This document shows, in pieces, positions 36,601 to 45,797 of a stretch of DNA of 64,000 nucleotides. Origin of the DNA: a virus. Its lineage: Duplodnaviria > Caudoviricetes. Position 1 is the first letter of the stretch. Every line of letters begins with the position of its first letter. Location: IMG/VR virus record IMGVR_UViG_3300033067_000884, positions 5,650-69,649 of that record; one strand, 5' to 3'. The notes under the pieces are model-generated. The model had not been told where the DNA came from, made no database searches, and saw nothing but the letters and a program-made list of their open reading frames with translations. The position numbers and the translations under genes are program-made.

Positions 36601-39600
36601 AACCGACTTGGCTGACTTGCAGTAGCAATTAGGTCATCTGCATTGCTACGCAGGAATGATGGCTCAATCGCTTGCCCGCGTATCTGCGCAAGATCAGTTT
36701 CGGTAATACCGCTCGTATTGAGTGTCTTGTTACCAAGTCGAGCGTTAAGTGGAGTTTCTTTCTCTACTAACGCCCCGGCCTGTGTTAATGCAAATGCCGG
36801 TGCTGCTCCTGCGGCTGCATCAGTCGCTACTGCGTTCTTAGCAACTGTTGCGGTTTCTGCAATCTTCGCAAACGCAGCACTACCTGTATTACCTGTTTTA
36901 AGTAACGCCCCATCCAACTCTTCTAGGGCTACGCCGAGTAGATTAAGAACCTTTTGCAGCCGTGTTGTGCTTGACTCACCAACTCGACCGAAATCAGTTA
37001 GTTTCGATAGCGTACCAGAGAAACGGGTCTCTAAGCCCTGAATACCCTTCGCCAATGGCGAGAAGATATTCAAATCTTTCGATGCAAAGCCCACGGTAAA
37101 GAACTTGATAAATGGCGCTAACGCCGCCACCACTTTCTTTATCGATCCTTCATTATCATTTAAGAAGCCAGTGAGCTTAACCGCTGATGCCGATAGTGTA
37201 TCAAACAGTTTAGCCGCACTATCAAATCCGCCCGTGCCCACTAAGAAACTACCTAAGAACTGTGTACCAGTCGCTTGTAGTTTATTTAGCGAACCTGCGA
37301 ATGTTTGCGATTTCTGTGCAACTAGTTGCTGTGCAACTCCCTTCGGCGTCTGGTCAAGACTCGATTCCACGTTCGCATAGTTATTCCCAAAGCCCTGTAT
37401 AACCTTTGATATATCTGGCGATAGTTTCGGCCCGGCAATTGATTGAATTAATTGGTTATAGTCAATACTCTTTGATTTATCCTGGCTTAACTTATACAAG
37501 TCTTTCAGGATATCCTCAAAGCTACGATTCTCTAGTTGGTTCGTATTCTGATTAAACTGCTGGGTTGCAATGCCATTCTTAGCAAAGCTAGATTGGTTCG
37601 CTGAACTATATGTGCCCTCTAAGAATGAACGCAGAATATTTGAAGTTTCGTCCGATCCCTTGCCGATGGCTACAGACGACGTAGCAGTGATGCCGAGAAG
37701 TTGCTTGCTATTTAGGCCGTATTCTTTTGCTGATGCGGATAGACGCGAGTAGACTGTTAGCAGTTCGTCTCCCTGCGCGCCAGTAGTACGCTGCGCAATG
37801 ACCACTTGATCCATCACATCGCGTAAATCTTCGATTGAACGCGTAACCTTTTGTGCCGGGTCATCAATGCCTTCCATACCATCTTTGATTGTTGCAAGGA
37901 TAGCAGGGATAGACTCAAGACTTTGCTCTAGTGAAATACCAAACGCCGTTTGGGCACCTAATTGGACCTCAGATACCTGATTTGCTAGTTCGGCGCGCTG
38001 TGTTGGGTCTTTAACTGATCCAAGAATCTTGAAGTTCTTCAGATTTGTCTGAATAGCTTCATCAAATCCCTGTCCAGTTTTTACTGCAACGCCAACACTT
38101 TGGAATAGGAACTTCGACTTCGCTTGTGTAGCTTTATCGCCCACAACACCGAGCAAATTCGCTACTTCACCGAGTTCATCTTGTACACCAACAAGCTGCC
38201 GGAACATTTCCTGGAATGAATTGACAATACCGTATGTGAAGTTATCGCCGATTTGACGTAGACCACCAATTGTTACTTGATGTAATGCCGCGCCGAATCG
38301 ACTAACCGCCTTTTCCGGCTCGTCCAGTTTCTTATGCCCGAACTCATCAACATGCCCGTTGAGTGAGATCATTGCCCCAGTAGCAGTGCGTGCAGACAGC
38401 GTAAAGCGTTCTATGCCTGTTGCCGGGTCGATTGAGGATTGTTGTTGGAATGACCCTTCTCTTAGATTACGCCCGGTGAGTTTTTGAATCTTTTCATTAG
38501 CTATATCACGGAAGTTATTCTCGTCGGGGTAATACTGATTGAGGATAATACCCGCTATCTTACCGGGGCTTACCCCCTTCGTTGGAACAAGCTTTAGAAT
38601 ATCCTCATTTATATTCAGCGTTTCGGCTATATATTTACCTAACGCCTTCTGTATGATCTGAGGAGACCCCTTAACTTGTGCTAGTAGCGCGCTGACATTC
38701 TCTTGATTTGGTTCCTGTAATGTGCTGAACGCCTGTTTCGCAATATCAGCACCACCGGCCTGCCCGATTGCACTGATTGCTCGTCCTCTAAAACTGTCAG
38801 CGTTATACAATAATGGCTGAGCCGCTTGAGCGAGACGCTTCAATGATTCGGGATTTGATGCTACATCAGCAACACCGGGAACAATGGCTTGTAATTTATC
38901 CCCTAAACCCTTACCAAATGCTGGCCCAATATTTAGACCACTAAATATCTGATCAATCGCCTTACTGAGGTCAGTTTTAGCTTGCGTAACATCCGGCCCA
39001 GTATTCTTAAAGATTGTCTCTATCTCAAGACTGAACTGGGCAAACTTCGCTTGCAGACCAGCAAGATACTGCGGAGCGAATGTATCTGGTAGTGTTGCCT
39101 CAAGTGTTTTTACAACATCGTTATATAGGTCATCCCCATATACCTTGCGTAATTCCTCTTCGAGTTTAGCACTGCCTGATATTAACGCCTCACCTACATG
39201 AGCAAACGCTTCGCGGGGATCAAGTAGATACTCACTCTTCTGATCTAAATTACCGCCCTGGGCAAGATCAGCGTATCGTTGCTTACGCTTTGTCTCTAAT
39301 CCTTGATCTGCGAATGCTAAATCAGCGGCGTTAGTACCAGTATAGAGTGCTTTCCCTTTACGTCCCTGGTCATCTACTAGTTCATGAGTTGCTTCGTGAA
39401 CGAGTATGCCTGCCCTTGAGCGTCCAGCGCCCACATCCCCCGTCGTTGTAAGGATGAGAGAACTAACACGTTTACCAAGTTCATCTAAGATAGGCGCGGA
39501 TAAGCCCTGGATTTGATTGTTTTTAACATTACCGATAGCTTGATCAGAGAAGAATTGTCTCGTTGCCGCTAGTGCATTTTTCTGGTCAACAACGACAACG

Positions 39601-42600
39601 CCACCACCTATACCTTGCTGGAGTCCACTGCCTGCTGAGAACCGATTCAACGACTCATTAGCTTGGCGCGTTAGTAAAGACTCACGCTCTCCGACAAACG
39701 GCTTGACTTTACCGTATGCATCGAGCGTTGATTCGTGTATATCACGCGAGAACTCAGGCGTAGTCTCTGTAGAAGAAGCTATCTTGGTGAATTCTGCATC
39801 AAATACCGCGAATCTACTTCTCAGAATTGCTAGTGCTTCTTCTCCAAATGTATCAGGTATTGCTGTTTGTAAGTCTTTGACGAGTTGATTATATAAATCC
39901 TCGCCGTATATGTGGCGTAATGTTTTCTCTAAATCTTTGTTGCCTGTTATAAGAGACTGTCCTACATATGCATACTGCTCTGATGGATTCTCATAATATT
40001 TTTGGCTAAATTTATCGAATGGACTATATTGCCTAAGTATGCGCTTGCTTGTGGGGTCATCTACTTCCCCACGAAGTTTTATTCGCTCATCAATATCTGC
40101 CGGGTCTCTATACTGTAAATCCTGCGTAGCAAGATTTGCATGAACCCCGCCCGAATGTAGCTTACCGTACTCTTCTACAATTTGATGTGTACCTTCGTGT
40201 GCTAGGAGCTGTGCATCTCTGACTTTTGAAACGATACCTAGACCAGGAAGACGCGTTCCACCTATCTGATCGGGGCGTAATCTTGTATTTGGTGCTCTAT
40301 CTCCTTGCCAAGCTGCTTTCAGTATTTCATTTACAGTAGCATCGCTTGCGACAGTTACACCGTTTGCGCTAGCTCTGGAAAACCCTGTATTCTCTCCGAA
40401 TTTATCAAGAGATGCGCGGGCTTGTTCTGACAGTTGTTTATCGTTGTCAGATAGGAATCTAGCAAGATGCTGGTTTGCTCCAAGTGCAAATTCCGGCGTG
40501 GCTTCGTCCGGGTCAAGTTGTTTACCGGTTGATGGCCCGCCCTTACGCCGTGACTCTTCTTCTTCTTCTCGCGCAAGTACAATTCTATATGCTGTTATTT
40601 GGCTACGGAGTTGCTTGAGTTCTTCGGTATCCTTAGCAAGTTCTTGACGAAGTGCTAAGATAACTTCATCAGAGGCACCGGCATCTTGCGCTTTTTGTAA
40701 ATCTTCTTTACGTGTATTAACTCGTTCTGATAGCTGTGCCTCATCTGCACGAAGTCTGCGCGCTGTTCTATCAATGGGAGAACGTCTATACCCGGTACCT
40801 ACGCCTACTGCTGTTTCTGCAATATCGAGTAGTGTTTCAGACCGTCGTTGGTTGAATAACTCTCCTACGCCTTTAGGTAATAATTTAAGCCCGAAGAACG
40901 CGTTGGAATTAGATATAGTATGTAGGAACTTAATGATACCGCCAATGATGTCTAACGCTCCGCCGGGTCCACCCTCTTTAAATCCATTTGATATCTCACG
41001 TACAGAGTTAAGACCCGCGCCGAATTGACTGACGCCGAATGAGAATGGTCTGTACACATTCTTAGAAAATTTATTTGTTGCATCCCCAATATTATCAGTA
41101 AGGGCAAATGCAGGCGCAGCTTCCCCCTGCTGGGGTCCTCTGAAATAGCTCTTTACCTTCTCGGCTATGTCTCCGAAGGATATCTTGCCAATAGAACTAA
41201 ACAGATCGCTGAATGTTTCTCCAACGCGAGAGAATATATCCTTAAATGATGCCACAAATTGCTGTACATACTCTTTTATACGCGTACGTGCGGATGTTAC
41301 ATCATTCTTTATTACATCAACTCTACCGAGAGTATTACCGACAAACTTAGCAAAATCTTCTTCCGCCGCTACTGATGTTGTAGGGCGCGTATTTTGTAAT
41401 AGGACTTTATCCTGTTGGGCAAGTAGTGTCGCTTGCTTCTTTGCCCGCTCTATATCTAGCAAGTCAGCGGTATTAGCGCGCTTGTCTGATACAGGCTGTA
41501 ATGTGGTATCGCCGACTCCCTTATCCTCATAGAAATCAGTAATACCTAACGCACTGGCATAATATGCAGCAGCCCCATGTCCCTTTATACTCTTGGAATT
41601 ATAGTTAGCCCGCGATACCTGGTCTACAAAGCCGGGGATATCTTTTATCTGCCCCTGTTCATGCAGGTCATTCAAGTCAGCTTTAAGATTCTCATCCTTA
41701 GCGATGATCTCTTCCAGAAGCTGTCTACGCGTAGATACAATCTTTTGGTATTCATCATCGAGCGATGTGAATTCCTTGCTAAGATGTTCTATATTCTGGT
41801 CTATCTCAGCTACATCGGGGGTCTTATCTACCCCACCGGCACGCCGATATTCCTCATTCTTCGCGGCAAATACCTTTAGCAATGACGAGGGTTGTAGTGT
41901 ATTCTCTCCGACGGCATTTGCTAGACCATAATCTTTGGATAGGATACCTGCGTCTCGGCCTGACTTAGCAATAGCCGTGGCACACGACTCGCCAATTAGC
42001 TTACCTGATGCTTCATCAATAGTCTTAGTTAGACCGTATGCAGCGCCCTCTTGTGTATTTGCTACAAGGTTTGTCTTAAATTGCTCTGCTTGTTCAGATG
42101 TTACGCCATTGAGTGGTACTGCTTGAACTCTATCCCATGTACGTAATATATCTTCAAAAGAGTCAGCACCCGGATGCAGACCCAGCGGGGCCTCTTTGCC
42201 AGTTACAGTTTTGCCGGTGAACCCAGTCCCGCCATTATTAAGTAACTCAGCTACTTTAATAACGCCGTTTTCAAGAAACACTGCCAATGCATGATCAGCC
42301 GATGCCTTAGGGTCAAGAGCGTCATAGTTACTGGCACTCTTGCCTCCACTACTCCTACCGCTAACTCCTACAATTGCTACACCATGTTCACTGGCGGCTA
42401 TGGCAGAAAGCAAAGCTAGTCTATTTGCAGAAGCATCCGATTCACTTGTTCCAACTACCTTATCCCCGTGTGTATTATACTGCTGAGTGAATGGATTTCG
42501 GTCGATCTTACCAATAGCAGCAGTGTTATTGAACTCTCCTTCAAATGCGCCCTGCGCATAGCCCCTACCCGCATTAGCTGCGTACTGGGCCGATATACCA

Positions 42601-44750
42601 TAACCTGGTAATGCCAATAGCGCTTGTTGCTTTAGCAGCCCTAATTTGCTACCGCCAGCAAGCGTGCCCTGAGCCGCAGAGACCTGCTCTAGGACTTCAT
42701 CTGGGGTTAGTAAGTTCTTACCCGCAGTGCCGGGAACTTTGTTAAATTTGGCTGCCTGCTCAATCGTCTCTATGATACCGGAGCGTTTAAATGCCTCTGC
42801 CGTAGCAGTAGCGCACGTATCCCCAATATCTAGTAGGTCGCTTTTATTTAACTCGTTGGCAAATGAATAAACTGCCTTACCCGGCTCTGTCAACGCAGCT
42901 TGATGCTGTAGAAGTCCTTGCGCCTGTTCAGGCGTACCTGCTACTAATGATAGCGCCTTAACACTATCAGCTTGCGCTAGTATTTCCTCAGGTGTTCTAC
43001 GCTCTGGCGCATACGCTCCAAACGCCACACTACCTGTCTTGTTGCCTGGAGTGAGGTTATTCTTATCGCCTAGGTGTTCAAGAGCTTGTAGCTTGCCTTC
43101 TAAATCCCTAAAGAATAAGAGGACATGATCAGCAACGCCAGCTCCTGGTATAAGACTTGCACCACCCCCAGTTGAACCTAGCGTAGTAACAACGGCAATC
43201 TTATGAGGACTTTCATCAACAGCTTTAGATACCGCAGCTAAATTTGCATTTGCCTCCTCAACGCTGCCGCCTACAAGTCCATTGCCTTTTGTTACATATG
43301 CCCCAGTACGCGTATCAAGACGAACTCTATTTTCAGCTTCGGGAGTAATTTGTATCTGAGAGGGGTCAGGAGTATCTTTTCGTTTCCTTAGTGCATTGAA
43401 TGTATGAGAAAGTGCGAAGCTTGGACCCTGTTCTATTTCCTTACTTAGTCTTTCAGCTTCTTTAGCGGCAGATTCCCTAAGCTGTTTAATCGTATTAATG
43501 AGCTTGGTATCGTTAGCCTTGAATTCACTCAGGTCACCGGGCAAATTTGTAGCTACCGGTATATCACGTAACTGCCTCTGAAATCCTGTCTCAAGGTCAT
43601 CGAACGTCTTATTCTTACGTATCTGCTCAAAGTCCAGCTTCCTATCACGCTGTTCGTTGGGGCTTATATTTGGGTCATTACCGAATAATAGATAGTTACG
43701 AGCGATAGCCCTTTGAGAAGATGTTTTAGCTACACCATGTTCACGTACAGCAGCTTGGAATGCCTTATCGCGTGCGGTCTCTACGGCAGCAAGTGCGTCA
43801 TCCAGCTTACTTATTAATGCTACGCGCTTCTCTAATGCACCGCGCAATTCATCAACTTTAGCAGCCGCAGCAGCCGGGTCAGTAGTAGGTACAGTATTCT
43901 TGAGGTGTGCAAGGATATCATCTTTTGTAACTTTACCCCGTGCACCTGTACCAGTTACTTGAGAGATATCAACGCCGCGCTCTTCTGCAAATTGGATAGT
44001 ACGCGCCGCTGCCTGTGGGGGTTTCGTTACTCTTGCGGCGACAGTAGCAGCGGGTAATTCAATTGTAGGGGCTTGGACAACTGGTTGAATAGGGCGTTTT
44101 GCCAATTTCTGCCCCTCAGTAGCCGCGCTAACATCGATTGATATATTGACAGATTTAAGTGCTTGTAGCGTTTTTAGCACTCTATCCAACGCATCAGCAG
44201 CATCAGTGTATTTTTTCGGGTCGAGTTGATTGAGTGCAGTGACCCCTGCACCCAAGTTGGTAAGTCCGTTAATTTTCTCTAATGACGCAGATATACGGTC
44301 TACCGCTTCATCTAGTCCCTTACCACTACGACTAGACTGAGATTCAAGCTGTTCGAGATCGGTACGTATAACACTGATAGCAGTTGATGCAGCTTCGAGG
44401 TTTTTATTTGTATTAGCCTGGGCGCGACTAATAGCAGCCATCGCTTTAGCGTTTGCTTCTAATGCAGTGGTAGCTACCTGTAGCTGTCCGACGTTAAGTT
44501 TACCGAGTTCTGTGTTAATGGTCTTAACGCGATCTCGTATTTCATCTAGGAAGGGAGACTTGTTGCTATCCAGAAATTTACCTAACTTCTGGATAGCGCT
44601 AGTCAGTGTGGAAATATCTTTAGCATTCGACGCGAGATCAGCGAAGCTCTCTGTTGCTTGGTGCAGCTCGGTCTCTACGTTCCTAATTGTCCCAAGCAGT
44701 GCATCGAGGTCCTCTCGAATGGTGGATATTTTTGCGTTAAAATCGGCCAT
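33648..44750 (-). CDS. giant tape measure protein (3700 aa) with inserted enzyme domains
   Basis: Follows the frameshifted chaperone; helical TMP core from about aa 2160; Gly-rich TM segment; PSBD-like domain at aa 243-284, H..C domains at aa 542/646 and 820/923, HExxH at aa 1518 and 1785. Confidence 0.88.
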   Translation of the reverse strand: MADFNAKISTIREDLDALLGTIRNVETELHQATESFADLASNAKDISTLTSAIQKLGKFLDSNKSPFLDEIRDRVKTINTELGKLNVGQLQVATTALEANAKAMAAISRAQANTNKNLEAASTAISVIRTDLEQLESQSSRSGKGLDEAVDRISASLEKINGLTNLGAGVTALNQLDPKKYTDAADALDRVLKTLQALKSVNISIDVSAATEGQKLAKRPIQPVVQAPTIELPAATVAARVTKPPQAAARTIQFAEERGVDISQVTGTGARGKVTKDDILAHLKNTVPTTDPAAAAAKVDELRGALEKRVALISKLDDALAAVETARDKAFQAAVREHGVAKTSSQRAIARNYLLFGNDPNISPNEQRDRKLDFEQIRKNKTFDDLETGFQRQLRDIPVATNLPGDLSEFKANDTKLINTIKQLRESAAKEAERLSKEIEQGPSFALSHTFNALRKRKDTPDPSQIQITPEAENRVRLDTRTGAYVTKGNGLVGGSVEEANANLAAVSKAVDESPHKIAVVTTLGSTGGGASLIPGAGVADHVLLFFRDLEGKLQALEHLGDKNNLTPGNKTGSVAFGAYAPERRTPEEILAQADSVKALSLVAGTPEQAQGLLQHQAALTEPGKAVYSFANELNKSDLLDIGDTCATATAEAFKRSGIIETIEQAAKFNKVPGTAGKNLLTPDEVLEQVSAAQGTLAGGSKLGLLKQQALLALPGYGISAQYAANAGRGYAQGAFEGEFNNTAAIGKIDRNPFTQQYNTHGDKVVGTSESDASANRLALLSAIAASEHGVAIVGVSGRSSGGKSASNYDALDPKASADHALAVFLENGVIKVAELLNNGGTGFTGKTVTGKEAPLGLHPGADSFEDILRTWDRVQAVPLNGVTSEQAEQFKTNLVANTQEGAAYGLTKTIDEASGKLIGESCATAIAKSGRDAGILSKDYGLANAVGENTLQPSSLLKVFAAKNEEYRRAGGVDKTPDVAEIDQNIEHLSKEFTSLDDEYQKIVSTRRQLLEEIIAKDENLKADLNDLHEQGQIKDIPGFVDQVSRANYNSKSIKGHGAAAYYASALGITDFYEDKGVGDTTLQPVSDKRANTADLLDIERAKKQATLLAQQDKVLLQNTRPTTSVAAEEDFAKFVGNTLGRVDVIKNDVTSARTRIKEYVQQFVASFKDIFSRVGETFSDLFSSIGKISFGDIAEKVKSYFRGPQQGEAAPAFALTDNIGDATNKFSKNVYRPFSFGVSQFGAGLNSVREISNGFKEGGPGGALDIIGGIIKFLHTISNSNAFFGLKLLPKGVGELFNQRRSETLLDIAETAVGVGTGYRRSPIDRTARRLRADEAQLSERVNTRKEDLQKAQDAGASDEVILALRQELAKDTEELKQLRSQITAYRIVLAREEEEESRRKGGPSTGKQLDPDEATPEFALGANQHLARFLSDNDKQLSEQARASLDKFGENTGFSRASANGVTVASDATVNEILKAAWQGDRAPNTRLRPDQIGGTRLPGLGIVSKVRDAQLLAHEGTHQIVEEYGKLHSGGVHANLATQDLQYRDPADIDERIKLRGEVDDPTSKRILRQYSPFDKFSQKYYENPSEQYAYVGQSLITGNKDLEKTLRHIYGEDLYNQLVKDLQTAIPDTFGEEALAILRSRFAVFDAEFTKIASSTETTPEFSRDIHESTLDAYGKVKPFVGERESLLTRQANESLNRFSAGSGLQQGIGGGVVVVDQKNALAATRQFFSDQAIGNVKNNQIQGLSAPILDELGKRVSSLILTTTGDVGAGRSRAGILVHEATHELVDDQGRKGKALYTGTNAADLAFADQGLETKRKQRYADLAQGGNLDQKSEYLLDPREAFAHVGEALISGSAKLEEELRKVYGDDLYNDVVKTLEATLPDTFAPQYLAGLQAKFAQFSLEIETIFKNTGPDVTQAKTDLSKAIDQIFSGLNIGPAFGKGLGDKLQAIVPGVADVASNPESLKRLAQAAQPLLYNADSFRGRAISAIGQAGGADIAKQAFSTLQEPNQENVSALLAQVKGSPQIIQKALGKYIAETLNINEDILKLVPTKGVSPGKIAGIILNQYYPDENNFRDIANEKIQKLTGRNLREGSFQQQSSIDPATGIERFTLSARTATGAMISLNGHVDEFGHKKLDEPEKAVSRFGAALHQVTIGGLRQIGDNFTYGIVNSFQEMFRQLVGVQDELGEVANLLGVVGDKATQAKSKFLFQSVGVAVKTGQGFDEAIQTNLKNFKILGSVKDPTQRAELANQVSEVQLGAQTAFGISLEQSLESIPAILATIKDGMEGIDDPAQKVTRSIEDLRDVMDQVVIAQRTTGAQGDELLTVYSRLSASAKEYGLNSKQLLGITATSSVAIGKGSDETSNILRSFLEGTYSSANQSSFAKNGIATQQFNQNTNQLENRSFEDILKDLYKLSQDKSKSIDYNQLIQSIAGPKLSPDISKVIQGFGNNYANVESSLDQTPKGVAQQLVAQKSQTFAGSLNKLQATGTQFLGSFLVGTGGFDSAAKLFDTLSASAVKLTGFLNDNEGSIKKVVAALAPFIKFFTVGFASKDLNIFSPLAKGIQGLETRFSGTLSKLTDFGRVGESSTTRLQKVLNLLGVALEELDGALLKTGNTGSAAFAKIAETATVAKNAVATDAAAGAAPAFALTQAGALVEKETPLNARLGNKTLNTSGITETDLAQIRGQAIEPSFLRSNADDLIATASQPSRLSQLRQSLQKPGAAAGAIAAPVAFDLISGGLGKDNLTNVGVGIAAGIAGGMVGGPYGAIIGYSIAKTISENLDVSGKLGTSEQESKTFAEKLAEAVYNKKPPNESVDVTPADKAAAATKLNGLSKTLGIGDLQSNLLKANTNPFVDISTQISSASVRRYLDIQSGKTQGNFLDNFKNNAPTEQLVGAFGGNKQLLNLFADSGVSNVQEFLQLLDQASKGLGPLAEDFSKLSVETRQQAVASQAVTDNDVKRAQYESAQDIIQKGQQQQADLEAKLQNNYQTPYGLDKYNAFSPLAQSINQSFQPDLNKINSGALKGQDAQGALDRLARSQESLAALPQTLQQLVPLAQSLGLNTGGLEQRLYNVGSQGQSQIAQRFQPAIEADRSVQLYELQQSRLRSLQSTDQFKAKQPEIVKEVEALQKALATDKARYDINKAFLELLKSQSGALLDQTAQVEAQQKTRQLISAGTPAQFTPASIFDTKGTTATELNNAIDFALRKQSKLEALNPEYKKEFAKDQFLLQSGTDFKGVTGVNQGFVQEYLQQQQQKKEAPLQDLSQYSDQQIQKILEQARSLQGQAEKLDPNRAGKYENERILILKKNNELLSQTGIGQEFLKAAIDANTKSNDTLRGHYNLPSNYKQPTIFDYYDSGGKEKGDKNFPTLAGQGLVPLAFAQQLAQQLINGDNGDKGASLSDVKGTNQKGARPLFYPNPGTAAVYSEVEPQIIPDTIKSDQKISAAVQRFLDFKQKQIDDLNDASSKDKLPPDTGIEDIRLRNAERNKPIPPKDAGVQAAYNQLVNPNQPFFGAPKPADVIQGTTVLAPTGTLPPQLPPGKPTTNPGNTDRDRDLSGPVVDGAEKTKTSLSTLAQSSGKTKDDLAILGTNAAKTGTAIGTIATALPAAGVGAASLITSASAFNGAVTALIQKVQNFDLAQALKNANVNIQVTVNGQVTQPAQVTINSGTAVGPNTLSAGVAAKTGSKLGGNRQ

Positions 44751-44762
44751 GATACCTCTACA

Positions 44763-45038
44763 TTAGAATTCAACATCATCTGTTGAAACGTCTGCGCTGC
44801 TCTTATTCATTCCCGGATATAAGTTCTCTATGTGACGCCTTATTAGTGCAGGATAATCCCAATACTCCTCTGGCGGAACATCTGACAGTTCCATCAAAGA
44901 ATCATACCGCTGGCGTAATGCCACAAGCGTTGTGATTGTATTCGGCCAATCCCACGTATCTAATAAGTCTGTATGTAGAGGTCTTCCTGTATTCTTTACA
45001 ATACTCCACAGAAGCGCAACCTGTGGAGTTTTTGCTAG
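44763..45038 (-). CDS. tail assembly chaperone, -1 frameshift extension (GT-like, 91 aa)
   Basis: Open -1 frame LAKTPQVALLW...DDVEF* with no start of its own, entered at A AAA AAC. Confidence 0.88.
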   Translation of the reverse strand, partial: LAKTPQVALLWSIVKNTGRPLHTDLLDTWDWPNTITTLVALRQRYDSLMELSDVPPEEYWDYPALIRRHIENLYPGMNKSSADVSTDDVEF

Positions 45039-45044
45039 TTTTTT
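45003..45044 (-). other. programmed -1 ribosomal frameshift signal
   Basis: Slippery heptamer A AAA AAC (45044-45038), 8-nt spacer, perfect 9-bp hairpin ACTCCACAG/CTGTGGAGT. Confidence 0.88.
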
Positions 45045-45721
45045 ATATCGTCAGGAGCGATGCTCATATTGTTATAAGCATCGCGTAACTGCTGCCTGAC
45101 TTCAGTAGGTAGTTCCCGATACTGCTCAATGGTGAACATACGCGTCTTGTACTTATCATCCGTGTAAATACTCGCCGCTACTACTTGCTCTTCGAACACT
45201 TCGGTAAACTTATCTTCACAAATCTGGTCGGTACGTAGTTTCTGTGCCGCCGAGAACAAGATAGGACGATCGCGCTTCTCTAGATTAGCAACGAACTCCT
45301 TCTGCCAGTTCTCTACATACGCTGTCATATCCGCAAGATACTCAGCCTCTCTTGCCTCTTTCGAAGCTTCCCACTCTTCCTGCTCTTCCTGTGTGGGGTT
45401 ATCCCCAAGCGGTGTAATAATCGGGCGCGGCGTTGTATTGAGGTACTCCCGCATAATCTCACGCATAGAAACGGTAGTAATAAGTGTACGCAACTGGTCA
45501 TCATCAAGATCATTTAGCGGGTCAATATAAATAAGGTAGTCATCGGTTGAACTATCGCGCACAGATCGGCGTAGCTTACGGGATTCAAGCAGTGCTGTTC
45601 GGCGGGCGTCATCAACAACCTGGTCACTTACAACACGGATATAAAACTTCGTACCACTAATCTCAACCGTTGTACGCCAGCGAAAGAGTTTAGCCATGAG
45701 AGCTTCGGTATTAATAGACAT
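45035..45721 (-). CDS. tail assembly chaperone (G-like)
   Basis: Between the tail tube and TMP genes; acidic and helical; ends at the slippery site. Confidence 0.85.
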   Translation of the reverse strand: MSINTEALMAKLFRWRTTVEISGTKFYIRVVSDQVVDDARRTALLESRKLRRSVRDSSTDDYLIYIDPLNDLDDDQLRTLITTVSMREIMREYLNTTPRPIITPLGDNPTQEEQEEWEASKEAREAEYLADMTAYVENWQKEFVANLEKRDRPILFSAAQKLRTDQICEDKFTEVFEEQVVAASIYTDDKYKTRMFTIEQYRELPTEVRQQLRDAYNNMSIAPDDIKN

Positions 45722-45733
45722 GTATACTTCCTT

Positions 45734-45781
45734 AAACTAAAAATAAAGGGGGCCAACTCTGTTTGAATAGAGTCAGCCCCC
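45734..45781 (-). terminator. intrinsic terminator after the tail tube genes
   Basis: GGGGGCTGACTCT/AGAGTTGGCCCCC stem followed by TTTATTTTT. Confidence 0.85.
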
Positions 45782-45797
45782 GTGTTCCTTATCCATA

